This document shows positions 28,957 to 38,204 of a stretch of DNA of 64,000 nucleotides, piece after piece. The notes beneath the pieces were generated by a model. The model did not search any database and was not told the origin of the DNA. It saw nothing but the letters and a program-made list of their open reading frames with translations. The stretch comes from Candidatus Obscuribacteraceae bacterium (GTDB lineage: Bacteria; Cyanobacteriota; Vampirovibrionia; Obscuribacterales; Obscuribacteraceae). Position 1 is the first letter of the stretch, and every line of letters starts with the position of its first letter. The DNA is taken from NCBI GenBank assembly GCA_044226015.1, contig JBGAHS010000004.1, forward strand, positions 192,001-256,000. The letters run 5' to 3'. The position numbers and the translations under genes were made by a program.

Positions 28957-29074
28957 CTTGCTGCTGTTGATGGAGCCTTGCTGCTGTTGATCCTTGCTGC
29001 TGCTGGTTGATCCGTGTGGCTGCTGGTTGATCCGTGGCTGATAGATTGTGCTGCTAGATCCTCGTGCTGGCAAT
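28957..29074. repeat. Degenerate short intergenic repeat (core GCTGCTG(G)TTGAT)
   Basis: About 6-7 units of 14-20 nt, decaying rightwards. Confidence 0.6.
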
Positions 29075-29116
29075 CAACCGTGTTCCCCGGCTGCTGCACA
29101 AGAAGACCTTGAACAT

Positions 29117-29151
29117 AAAAGAAAAGCCGAGTCTTTTGACTCGGCTTTCTT
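29117..29151. terminator. Bidirectional terminator
   Basis: AAAGCCGAGTC-tttt-GACTCGGCTTT with flanking A/T tracts, between the FHA-like gene and sucD. Confidence 0.8.
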
Positions 29152-29170
29152 GATAGAACTAAGCTAATGC

Positions 29171-30058
29171 TTATTTGCTTACTGGTTGTTTGACCAATTT
29201 GGCTGCTTTTTCAGCAACTTCGCGAGGAGTCATTGCAACTTCGATGCCGACAGCTTGAAGCGCCTTCATCTTGGATGCTGCTGTTCCCTTGTCACCAGAT
29301 ATGATGGCGCCGGCGTGACCCATGCGCTTCCCGGGAGGTGCGGTTTGACCAGCAATGTACGCAACAACAGGCTTTTTGATGTTGTGCTTAATGAATTCAG
29401 CAGCTTCTTCTTCAGCTGTTCCACCGATTTCTCCGATGAGAACAATTACTTCAGTTTCGGGGTCGTTTTCAAACATGGTCAATACTTCAGGGTATTCCAT
29501 GCCTTTCACTGGGTCGCCACCAACGCCAACGCAGGTTGATTGACCCATGTTGTTGTCTGTTAGTGCAAGTGCGATTTCGTATGTTAACGTTCCGCTCTTG
29601 CTGACCATTCCAACTGGTCCCTTCTTGAAGATTGAGCCAGGAAGAATTCCGAGCAACGCTTCTGATGGTGTGATCACGCCTGGGCAGTTTGGTCCCACCA
29701 TTTTGACGCCTTTAGCTTTTGCTTGAGCAACAAGCTTTGCTGTGTCTTGTGGTGGCATGCCTTCGGTGATAACTACCAACAAGCTGATGCCTGCATCGAT
29801 AGCTTCGCACGACGCATCGAGCACCAAATATGGTGGTACGAATACAACGGTGGCTGTAGCGCCAGTTGCGTCCATAGCTTCTCTAACGGTGTCGAACACT
29901 GGCAATTCTGTGCCAGGAACTTTCGAGCCGCCGCGACCTGGTGTGACGCCACCTACGACTTGAGTACCGTAGGCAAGCATGCGCTTGGTGTGTGCTGCAC
30001 CCATCTTACCTGTGGCGCCTTGCACGATTACTTTGGTGTTCTTATTTACGAGAATCAC
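29171..30058 (-). CDS. sucD: Succinyl-CoA synthetase alpha subunit
   Basis: [32 protein letters not shown] phospho-His. Confidence 0.95.
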   Translation of the reverse strand: MILVNKNTKVIVQGATGKMGAAHTKRMLAYGTQVVGGVTPGRGGSKVPGTELPVFDTVREAMDATGATATVVFVPPYLVLDASCEAIDAGISLLVVITEGMPPQDTAKLVAQAKAKGVKMVGPNCPGVITPSEALLGILPGSIFKKGPVGMVSKSGTLTYEIALALTDNNMGQSTCVGVGGDPVKGMEYPEVLTMFENDPETEVIVLIGEIGGTAEEEAAEFIKHNIKKPVVAYIAGQTAPPGKRMGHAGAIISGDKGTAASKMKALQAVGIEVAMTPREVAEKAAKLVKQPVSK

Positions 30059-30083
30059 TTTCTTATCTCCTAGCCAATTGGTA

Positions 30084-31190
30084 CTACTTAGCGGCAGCTA
30101 CAGCTGCTTTAACGGCGTCCTCGATATCTGGATATAGTTTGGTGCCCGACTCAGCGAGCATCTTTTCTGCAATATCCTGATTGTTGCCACGAAGGCGAAC
30201 AACCATTTTGCGATCTGGGTGGCGCTTCATGAATTCAACGAGTGCTGTTGCAACTTCATCGCATGCAGTGATTCCGCCGAGAATGTTCAGAAGAATTACT
30301 TTTACGGTTGGGTTTTCGCTGATGATTTCCAGACCAGCGAGTGTCTTTTCGGAATCGCTTCCGCCGCCAGCATCAAGGAAGTTACTTGGGTTGCCACCAA
30401 AGTTCTTAACCATGTCCATTGTGGCCATCGTCAAGCCTGCGCCGTTGCACATGATGCCGATGTTGCCTTCGAGTTCGACCAGGTTGAGTCCAGCTTTCTT
30501 CGATTTGCGTTCGCGTTCCGGCAGGTCGCTCATATGCTTATCAGCCCAGCCGTTGAATCTTTCCTGGCGTCCGAGTGAATCGTCATTGACTGTCATCTTT
30601 CCATCAAGCGCAAGTACATCATCACCCTTGGTGACAACAAGCGGGTTGATTTCTGCAAGGTCGAGATCCAATTCTTCGAAGCAGCGATACAGCTTGTTAG
30701 CAACATCGGCAATCTTCGCAGCCAGGGCGCCTTTCAAGCCCATAGCTTGAGCAACTTTTCTACCCTGGAATGCGGAGTATGGGTATGTGATTGGAACTGT
30801 CACGATTTTGTCGTTGCTTTCAATTTCAATTCCACCGTCCGCTGCAGCGATGAAAATTGGGCACGCACGAGCGCGGTCTAAAGTGATTGCTAAATACATC
30901 TCTTTTTTGAGGTCGCACTTTGGCTCGACGAGCAAGCTCTCGGTTTTGGAATTCTTGATGGTCAAGCCGAGCAAAGTTTCAGCGAGTTTTTCGCCTTCTT
31001 CCAGGTCTTTTGCAAACTTGATTCCGCCTGCTTTGCCACGTCCACCTGAGAGTACCTGGCACTTCAAAGTCAGCGGGTAACCGAAATGAACTGTGCGCAG
31101 TTGTTCTGGCTTAGTGATTCTGACGCTGGGCGGAGTTTTGATTCCAAATTCCGCAAAAATTCGTTTGGCTTCGTATTCGTAAAGGTCCAC
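30084..31190 (-). CDS. sucC: Succinyl-CoA synthetase beta subunit
   Basis: [48 protein letters not shown] 31190 follows GAGGAGAGG. Confidence 0.93.
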   Translation of the reverse strand: MDLYEYEAKRIFAEFGIKTPPSVRITKPEQLRTVHFGYPLTLKCQVLSGGRGKAGGIKFAKDLEEGEKLAETLLGLTIKNSKTESLLVEPKCDLKKEMYLAITLDRARACPIFIAAADGGIEIESNDKIVTVPITYPYSAFQGRKVAQAMGLKGALAAKIADVANKLYRCFEELDLDLAEINPLVVTKGDDVLALDGKMTVNDDSLGRQERFNGWADKHMSDLPERERKSKKAGLNLVELEGNIGIMCNGAGLTMATMDMVKNFGGNPSNFLDAGGGSDSEKTLAGLEIISENPTVKVILLNILGGITACDEVATALVEFMKRHPDRKMVVRLRGNNQDIAEKMLAESGTKLYPDIEDAVKAAVAAAK

Positions 31191-31763
31191 AATCCCTCTC
31201 CTCAAGATGTTGAGATGTAGCAGGCATGTCGCCTAGCCACAGCTTCCGAACGCTAGGTTCTGCTTATGGCTATCGAATTTTACGTTGCTGTACTCGTTTA
31301 CCTATAAATGATCATGAAATGTTCGATATGTTGGCTTAACAGTCCTCAATGCTCCTTACTTACGCTTGAGAAGTCATTTACTGTCTGCGGCTTTCTGTGA
31401 TCCATTTCATAATTCAAGATCTGGCATCTTCCATCGCTGTTGAATTAGATTTTGACCCAATTGAGGTATCTTGGTAGCGATTGAAAATAAATCAGCACCG
31501 TATGTGGTGTTGTCTACTTAGTCTAAGTCGTTGAATTGATGCTGCAGGAATTCTGTTTGCCAGCCTCGGTTTCGCTTGCATTGGGGCTTTTACTAAAACG
31601 CGTGATTTCTGCGTGAGAATGCCCTCCAGTAAAGAATGTTCCAGAGTTCGGTTTAATCTAAAACCTGCGGAAGTCCGTCAAATTTTTGCGGGCATCGGAT
31701 ACATCTGAGCACGCAGAAGATGATGCAATATTCGATAGGGTAGAGTGAAATCGGGGTATCTCA

Positions 31764-32000
31764 ATGAATTCGGCTGTAAACGGTTCATGGTTCGGAACAG
31801 GCAAATGGTCCTCTAACAAACAAACGGTTTCTCAAACTGTAAAAGGAGACCATTTGTCGACATTAAATCAAGTCGCTAATTTGGTTCGCTCTTGTTCAAA
31901 TAATCAAGTGAAGAATTCTTGTGAGAGAATCTTCTTGTATATAACTGATGTAAACCCTGAGCTAGAAGAGCTTTCGCTCCTATTTTCTCAGCCATACTAG
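31764..32000 (+). CDS. Possible small hypothetical protein
   Basis: 78-aa ORF with GGGG upstream in a long intergenic region; no recognisable motif. Confidence 0.3.
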   Translation: MNSAVNGSWFGTGKWSSNKQTVSQTVKGDHLSTLNQVANLVRSCSNNQVKNSCERIFLYITDVNPELEELSLLFSQPY

Positions 32001-32142
32001 GCTCTTGACACTGCCAGAAAGTAAAGTTCGTAAACGCACTATTTGTAATGATCGCGGGGCACAAGGCCAGTCCCAGTATAATCAGGCTGCGCCAAAATGA
32101 CACTTGGCGACCCTGCCATTACATTATAGAGAGGCGATAAAC

Positions 32143-33171
32143 ATGCGAATTGGCATCCTTACCGGCGGCGGCGACTGTCCAGGTCTCAATGCCGTGATAA
32201 GAGCAGTTGTTAAAAGAAGTGCCAAAGACTACGGTTCTGAAGTGATCGGCTTCCTCGAAGGCTGGCGTGGACCGGTGGAAAATCTGGTTATGCCCCTGAG
32301 CTTGCAATCAACCGGCGGGCTTATTCAAAGAGGCGGAACAATCATCAGAACTTCTAGAACTAACCCCTTCAAAGTTGAAGGTGGTCCAGAAAAAGTTCTG
32401 GAATCAATGAAAAAAAACAACCTTGACGCACTCATTGCTGTTGGTGGAGAAGACACAACAGGAGTTGCGAACAAACTGTACAAGCAGTACAACCTTCCAG
32501 TCGTTTGCGTTCCCAAGACAATTGACAATGACTTGAGCGCTACTGATTACACATTCGGTTTTGACACCGCAGTAAACATCGTGTGTGAAGCACTAGACCG
32601 ATTGCACACGACTGCCGAGTCGCATAACCGAGTACTGGTCTGCGAAGTTATGGGTAGACATGCCGGATGGATCGCCTGCTACGGCGGTATCGCTGGTGGT
32701 GCTGACTATATCTGTATTCCGGAAAAGCCCGTTGAAATTAAAGAGATGCTTCAGGTAATCAAAAAGCGTCATGCTCGTGGCAGACTCTTCTCAATTATCG
32801 TTGTTGCTGAAGGCGCAAAGCTGGCTGAAGAAGAAATTCTCAAGGACAAAGAGCTTGATGCTTTCGGTCACGTTAAACTTGGTGGAATTGGTGAGCAAAT
32901 CGCTAAGATTATCGAGAGAGAAACTGGCTATGAAACCCGTGCCATGACTCTGGGTCACTTGCAACGTGGTGGCGCTCCAAGCGCTTTCGACAGAATTCTT
33001 GGAACCAGATTTGGCGTTCGCGCTGCAGACCTGGTTCATGAGGGCAAATTCGGTTTGATGGTTGCGCTTCAAGGAACCAAAATTGTCAATGTTCCAATTG
33101 AAGAAGGTGTTGGTGCCCTGAAGACACTCGACGAAGAGATGTACAAAGTAGCAGAAGTATTCTTCGGCTAA
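32143..33171 (+). CDS. pfkA: 6-phosphofructokinase, group III, with PPi-dependent signature
   Basis: TGGGDCPGLN, GGEDT, PKTIDND, EVMGRHAGW, LGHLQRGG; ATG 32143 follows GAGG. Confidence 0.95.
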   Translation: MRIGILTGGGDCPGLNAVIRAVVKRSAKDYGSEVIGFLEGWRGPVENLVMPLSLQSTGGLIQRGGTIIRTSRTNPFKVEGGPEKVLESMKKNNLDALIAVGGEDTTGVANKLYKQYNLPVVCVPKTIDNDLSATDYTFGFDTAVNIVCEALDRLHTTAESHNRVLVCEVMGRHAGWIACYGGIAGGADYICIPEKPVEIKEMLQVIKKRHARGRLFSIIVVAEGAKLAEEEILKDKELDAFGHVKLGGIGEQIAKIIERETGYETRAMTLGHLQRGGAPSAFDRILGTRFGVRAADLVHEGKFGLMVALQGTKIVNVPIEEGVGALKTLDEEMYKVAEVFFG

Positions 33172-33206
33172 TAGTATTGCTCTGTAGTTTCAAACTATTG
33201 AAATGC

Positions 33207-33240
33207 AAAAGAGGAACCCTTAGCGGTTCCTCTTTTTTTC
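33207..33240 (+). terminator. Intrinsic terminator
   Basis: AAAAGAGGAACC-cttagc-GGTTCCTCTTTTTTT. Confidence 0.85.
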
Positions 33241-33395
33241 CAGCTTGCTCACTTTTCCAGCTTAATGAATTTTTGGCAGCCAGCTGCAGCGGGCTCCAAA
33301 GCTTAAATCGCAAATAAAATTGCTTACACTCTTCCATATGTTCATCTCACCTGATACGCTTACAACCCTGTATTTGAGCTGGAGATGTAGAAGTC

Positions 33396-35504
33396 ATGAG
33401 CGAACTCGATGACAAACCCCGGAAGCTTGGCGAACTGCTGGTAGGAGCCGGGTTGGTGCCTGCTGAGCGCCTCAATGAGGGGCTCGATTACGCTAGAAGG
33501 CACAGTTTGCCTCTTGGTCGAGTTCTCATTACTTTGAAATTGCTTCGCGAGGAAGATCTGGAGTCAGTCTTGCATTCGCAAGCGCTCATGAAAATGGACC
33601 GCCTGCCCGCGAGACTTGCTGTAAAAGCTATTTCGCTGGCGTCAAGCAGCCATATTTCCATCGATAAAGCTCTGAAGAAGATTGGTTGGTTTTCTGAAAA
33701 ATATGTTGAAGGCGAAGCTATAAGCATTGCTGTTGCAAGAGAACAATTGCACAACTGCGAGTCATCTTTTGGTCACGACCATCCAGAAACCGCTGCTGCC
33801 TGTTTGAAGCTTGCCGAGTTGCTGACTGCAAATAGGAAGTTTCTCGATGCAGAACTGCTGTACAACAGAGCGCATCAAGTTGTTGAAGAGTGCTTCGGTG
33901 CTCAGAGCCTTGAGATGGCCAATCTGCTTTCACAAATTGGCGAACATTATTTCGCTCAAGATCGCTTTGCCGAAGCCGAGAAGAATTATTGGCAGGTTTA
34001 CGAAATCAAACTCAGCCTTTTGGGCGAACGAAACCTGGCGGTGGCAAAATGTTTGGAAGATCTGGCAGAGCTTTATGATGTTCAGTCAGAGTTTTTGCAA
34101 GCAGAACGCCTCTACCTGTCTTCGATTGGTATAAAAGAAAAACTGCTCGAAGCTGACGACCCTGAAATGCTATCGAGTCTGCGCAAGCTTGTTTTGATTT
34201 GCCGCCAGTCAGAGCACGGACCAGAGAGCCGCCCTACTGGTGAGTTGCTCGTAGAGTCCGGCATTGTTCAACAACAGCAGATTGATGAAGGCTTGAAAGT
34301 CGCTGAGAAATACAGCATTCCCATTGGTAGAGCACTCATCAATTTGAAGCAGCTCAACGAGGAAGACTTGCAGAGAGCAATGCACACTCAACTTCTAATG
34401 AAGGATGGTGGCATTCCTGGTTATATTGTGATTCGCGCGCTCAAAACAGCTTGTCGCATGAATCGCAGTTTGGCGGATGCTTTGAAATTATTGGGATGGA
34501 GGCGAGAACATCCCGCTGATCAACGTCATTTAGAACTACTTTTACGTTGTTCTGACGAGTTGATAAAACTTGAACAAGAACTAACCCCAGAGCATGTTGA
34601 TGTCGCAAAAAAATGCATTGAGTTAGCTGACCTTTATGCTGGAGCCAATAATTTGCGCGAAGCCGAGATTCTTCTGAAGCGTGCCTTGAACATTTTCATG
34701 GATCGCGTAGGTGAAGACGAAATTGATACAGCTTCTGCCTTGTGCAATCTCGCCCAAGTTCATTGCAGACAGCACAGGTTTGAAGAAGCAAATCACTTAA
34801 TGGAGAGAGCAATAAATCTGGCTCGCAAGCGGAACACAAAGGGCTCTCACGAGCTTGCAGATTATCTCGAAAAACAGTCGCGCATCTTGTTAGCTGCTGG
34901 ACAAAAAAAGGAATCATTGTCCAAGGCAAGTGAACTTTTGACTCTCGCTAAGAAGCTTGAGAAGGGAGACACAGCCTATATTTCGCAGATACTAGAACTG
35001 CAAGGCGACATCCATATGATGCTCGACCAGTCTGCTCCTGCAATCAAAGCCTATTTGCAGAGTTTGACGATTCGTGAAAAGGTTTTGACTGGTGGCAATC
35101 CACAAGTCACCGGGCTCTTAAATAAGATTGGTCAGATGGAACTGGCGGAGAAACGCCCCAAAGAAGCTCTTCCTCACTTTCAGAAGGCGCTCGATTTGAG
35201 CAGAAAGCTATTTGGTGACAATCATCCGATGACAGCTTTTGCTGAAATAAACACTGCTAATTGTTATGTGCAGTTGAAGGACCCGAAAAAGGCCAAAGTA
35301 TCCTTCGAAAGAGCTGTTAAGGCGATGGAAGACTCCGCAGAAGTGAATCAAAAGGACATGTCCAGCGTGCTTGAGCAGTACGCCAACTTCCTGCGCAACA
35401 ACGGGCTAGATACCGAGGCAAAGCACGTTGAAGATAGAATATCGAAATTGCGAGGTGCTACTGACCTGCGACAAACAGCTGTGCACCTGAAAGTAATGCA
35501 TTGA
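33396..35504 (+). CDS. TPR protein with two MshEN/GSPII-N-like modules
   Basis: KLGELLVGAGLV...PLGRVL and PTGELLVESGIV...PIGRAL, each followed by kinesin-light-chain-type TPRs. Confidence 0.8.
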   Translation: MSELDDKPRKLGELLVGAGLVPAERLNEGLDYARRHSLPLGRVLITLKLLREEDLESVLHSQALMKMDRLPARLAVKAISLASSSHISIDKALKKIGWFSEKYVEGEAISIAVAREQLHNCESSFGHDHPETAAACLKLAELLTANRKFLDAELLYNRAHQVVEECFGAQSLEMANLLSQIGEHYFAQDRFAEAEKNYWQVYEIKLSLLGERNLAVAKCLEDLAELYDVQSEFLQAERLYLSSIGIKEKLLEADDPEMLSSLRKLVLICRQSEHGPESRPTGELLVESGIVQQQQIDEGLKVAEKYSIPIGRALINLKQLNEEDLQRAMHTQLLMKDGGIPGYIVIRALKTACRMNRSLADALKLLGWRREHPADQRHLELLLRCSDELIKLEQELTPEHVDVAKKCIELADLYAGANNLREAEILLKRALNIFMDRVGEDEIDTASALCNLAQVHCRQHRFEEANHLMERAINLARKRNTKGSHELADYLEKQSRILLAAGQKKESLSKASELLTLAKKLEKGDTAYISQILELQGDIHMMLDQSAPAIKAYLQSLTIREKVLTGGNPQVTGLLNKIGQMELAEKRPKEALPHFQKALDLSRKLFGDNHPMTAFAEINTANCYVQLKDPKKAKVSFERAVKAMEDSAEVNQKDMSSVLEQYANFLRNNGLDTEAKHVEDRISKLRGATDLRQTAVHLKVMH

Positions 35505-36634
35505 TGGAGCAGTCCCAGGTCGATCGCGAAATGATGCAGCGATGCATCGCTCTTGCGCGTAAAGCTGAAGGACGAACCTCACCAAATCCGATGGTTGGTG
35601 CCGTGGTTCTAGATGCCGAAGGCAAGATTGTTGGAGAAGGCTTTCATCCGAAAGCTGGAATGCCTCATGCGGAAGTTTTTGCGCTTGATCAATCAGCTGA
35701 TAAAAGTGTGGGGGGAACGCTTTACGTCAATCTAGAGCCGTGTTCGCACTTCGGCAGAACGCCACCATGCGCTGATAGGGTTATCGCTAGTGGAGTGAAA
35801 AGAGTCGTGGTGGGCATGATTGATCCCAACCCGAAAGTTGCAGGAGCCGGCGTAAAGAGACTCACCGAATCTGGTATCAAGGTCGATTTTTCTCAACTCG
35901 AAACGGAGTGTCAAGTTCTCAATCGAGCATTTGTCAAACGAGTCAGCTCAGGTTTACCCTGGCTGACTCTGAAAATGGCTTGTACACTTGATGGGCGTAT
36001 TGCTGATCGCGATGGAAAAAGCCGCTGGATTTCCGGACCAGAAGCAAGGGCTTTTGTTCACTCACTGCGCAATACATATGACTGTGTTCTGATTGGCGGT
36101 GCCACGGTAGCGAAAGATGATCCTGAACTGAATGTTCGAGATATTGAAAACAGCCGTAACCCGCATAGAGCTGTTATCGCTCCTCGACTGGATCTCACTA
36201 AGGGACTGCGACTCTTCAAAACTACATCCCCAGATCTAATTACTGCGATTTTTTACGATAGCAGGAAGGTAGAAAAGGTTTCTGACTACGGACAGAACTG
36301 CACGTTGGTGAATTTGCATGAGCTTTCAGAAGGTAACTCATCTTTGAAGAATGCTTTGCTCTGGCTTGCACAGCAGGGAGTTCAATCAGTACTATGCGAA
36401 GGCGGTGGAAGGCTGGCGGCTGCGCTGCTCAAAGAAGGTCTAGTGGACGAGGTCTGCTGGATTCTCGCTCCGAAATTTCTTCCCGATGATCTGGCGAAAT
36501 CAGGGCTTTCTTCTGATGGAGCTGTGTCCATCGAGCAAGCCATTAACTTGCATGATCCAGAATACATTCAACTGGGGCGAGACATTCTGGTGCGTGGATT
36601 AGTCCGCTCTGGTGATGAGAAAAATACAATCTAA
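35504..36634 (+). CDS. ribD: Riboflavin biosynthesis deaminase/reductase
   Basis: PNPMVGAV, HAE, LEPCSHFGRTPPC, SRWIS, EGGG. Confidence 0.96.
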   Translation: MEQSQVDREMMQRCIALARKAEGRTSPNPMVGAVVLDAEGKIVGEGFHPKAGMPHAEVFALDQSADKSVGGTLYVNLEPCSHFGRTPPCADRVIASGVKRVVVGMIDPNPKVAGAGVKRLTESGIKVDFSQLETECQVLNRAFVKRVSSGLPWLTLKMACTLDGRIADRDGKSRWISGPEARAFVHSLRNTYDCVLIGGATVAKDDPELNVRDIENSRNPHRAVIAPRLDLTKGLRLFKTTSPDLITAIFYDSRKVEKVSDYGQNCTLVNLHELSEGNSSLKNALLWLAQQGVQSVLCEGGGRLAAALLKEGLVDEVCWILAPKFLPDDLAKSGLSSDGAVSIEQAINLHDPEYIQLGRDILVRGLVRSGDEKNTI

Positions 36635-36792
36635 GCTGAACTTTGGAGCTTTCAAGGCTTTGATTTTCAATTTTTCCTTAGAGAATCTTTGGAAAGTGTC
36701 GGTCTGGGTATGCGTTTCCAGGTTTTAAGGTTACACTTAAGCCTGTACCTGTTTTCGCGGGCGATCCAAATCGCTTTCTAGGAGCGTGTCAA

Positions 36793-38181
36793 ATGACACA
36801 ATCACTTATTGACACCAAAAAAGTCGCTGAAGCAAAATCTGAAAAAGCCCAAGCTACCGTTTATATCGAAACATTCGGCTGCCAGATGAACAAGGCAGAC
36901 TCCGAAAACATGCTTGGATTGCTTGAAGAAATCGGTTACACAAAAACTGATGATCTCAAAAGCGCCGACTTGCGAATACTGAATACATGCGCTATCCGTG
37001 GTGGCGCCGAAGACAAAGTATTCAGTCATTTGGGTCACTGGCACAAGCTAAAGCGAACGATAAATCCAGGCAGTCTGATTGCTGTTGGTGGCTGTGTAGC
37101 ACAGGATGAGGGCGCGAATATGTTCAAGCGCTCGCCTGGCGTCGATATTGTTTTTGGTACTCATAATCTCTTCCGTTTGCCTGAGTTAGTCATGCGTGCC
37201 AGAGGCGGTGAAAAGAGAGTCGTAGAAATTTACCAGGAGCTGCCTGAAGATTTGCCCGAGATGCCAGTTATAAGGCAGAGTGACATTAGTGCCTGGGTTT
37301 CGGTTATTTATGGTTGTGATTACAACTGCACTTATTGCATCGTTCCTTACGTGCGTGGAAGAGAGAAGAGCCGTCCGGCCGATCAAATTCTTAGAGAAAT
37401 TGAAGAACTCGCAGATGCCGGCTATCTGGAAGTGACTCTGCTGGGGCAGAATGTAACTGCTTACGGTCACGATTTAGACCCGGTTTTGCATCTCGGTGAC
37501 CTTATTCGCAGAACTGGAAAAATCGAGAAAATCAAGCGCGTGCGCTTTTTGACAGGGCACCCGCGCGATTTGAAGGAAGAGATAATTGATGCCGTGGCAG
37601 AAACAGCGAATGCTTGCGAGAACTTTCATATACCAATTCAGTCGGGTGATGATCGCATCTTGAGGCGAATGGCTCGCGGATATAAGACTGATTTTTACAG
37701 AAAAATGGTCGACAAAATAAGGACCAGAGTTCCTAACTCAGCACTGACATCTGATTTCATTGTGGGCTTCCCAGGCGAAACAGAGCAAGAGTTCATGAAC
37801 ACCGTAAACTTCATTGAGGAAATGGGTTTCGATAGCTGCATGACTGCTGCTTATTCTCCGCGTCCGCACACACCTGCATCTAACTGGCCAGATCAGGTTC
37901 CGGAAACTGAGAAGTTTGAGCGCTTACGATTCCTCAATTCTGTCGTTAATGAGGTTGCTCATAAGTGCAACAAAGCTTATCTTGGGCGAACGGAAGAAGT
38001 CCTGGTTGAAGGTAAGAGTTCTCGTAATGAAGAGCGACTGACTGGCAGGACACGCACAGGAAAGATCGTAAACTTTGAAGGACCAGAACTCTTGATTGGA
38101 AAATTGGTCGACGTTGTGATTGAGTCTGCAAATCCATGGGCTCTTCGTGGAAGCATTAAAGTTCACGGCTTCGTGAAGTAA
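36793..38181 (+). CDS. miaB: tRNA i6A37 methylthiotransferase
   Basis: TFGCQMN, NTCAIR, radical SAM CDYNCTYC, C-terminal TRAM domain. Confidence 0.96.
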   Translation: MTQSLIDTKKVAEAKSEKAQATVYIETFGCQMNKADSENMLGLLEEIGYTKTDDLKSADLRILNTCAIRGGAEDKVFSHLGHWHKLKRTINPGSLIAVGGCVAQDEGANMFKRSPGVDIVFGTHNLFRLPELVMRARGGEKRVVEIYQELPEDLPEMPVIRQSDISAWVSVIYGCDYNCTYCIVPYVRGREKSRPADQILREIEELADAGYLEVTLLGQNVTAYGHDLDPVLHLGDLIRRTGKIEKIKRVRFLTGHPRDLKEEIIDAVAETANACENFHIPIQSGDDRILRRMARGYKTDFYRKMVDKIRTRVPNSALTSDFIVGFPGETEQEFMNTVNFIEEMGFDSCMTAAYSPRPHTPASNWPDQVPETEKFERLRFLNSVVNEVAHKCNKAYLGRTEEVLVEGKSSRNEERLTGRTRTGKIVNFEGPELLIGKLVDVVIESANPWALRGSIKVHGFVK

Positions 38182-38204
38182 GCACTTTTCTTTTAGAAAT
38201 CAGC

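Noticed and set aside
28807..29099. Two minus-strand ORFs across the short intergenic repeat
   Set aside because: Low complexity, overlap the FHA-like 3' end, start just past the sucD terminator and have no SD
29171..31190. Malate thiokinase or citryl-CoA synthetase instead of SucCD
   Set aside because: No supporting pathway genes nearby and the motifs fit ordinary SucCD; cannot be fully excluded without phylogeny
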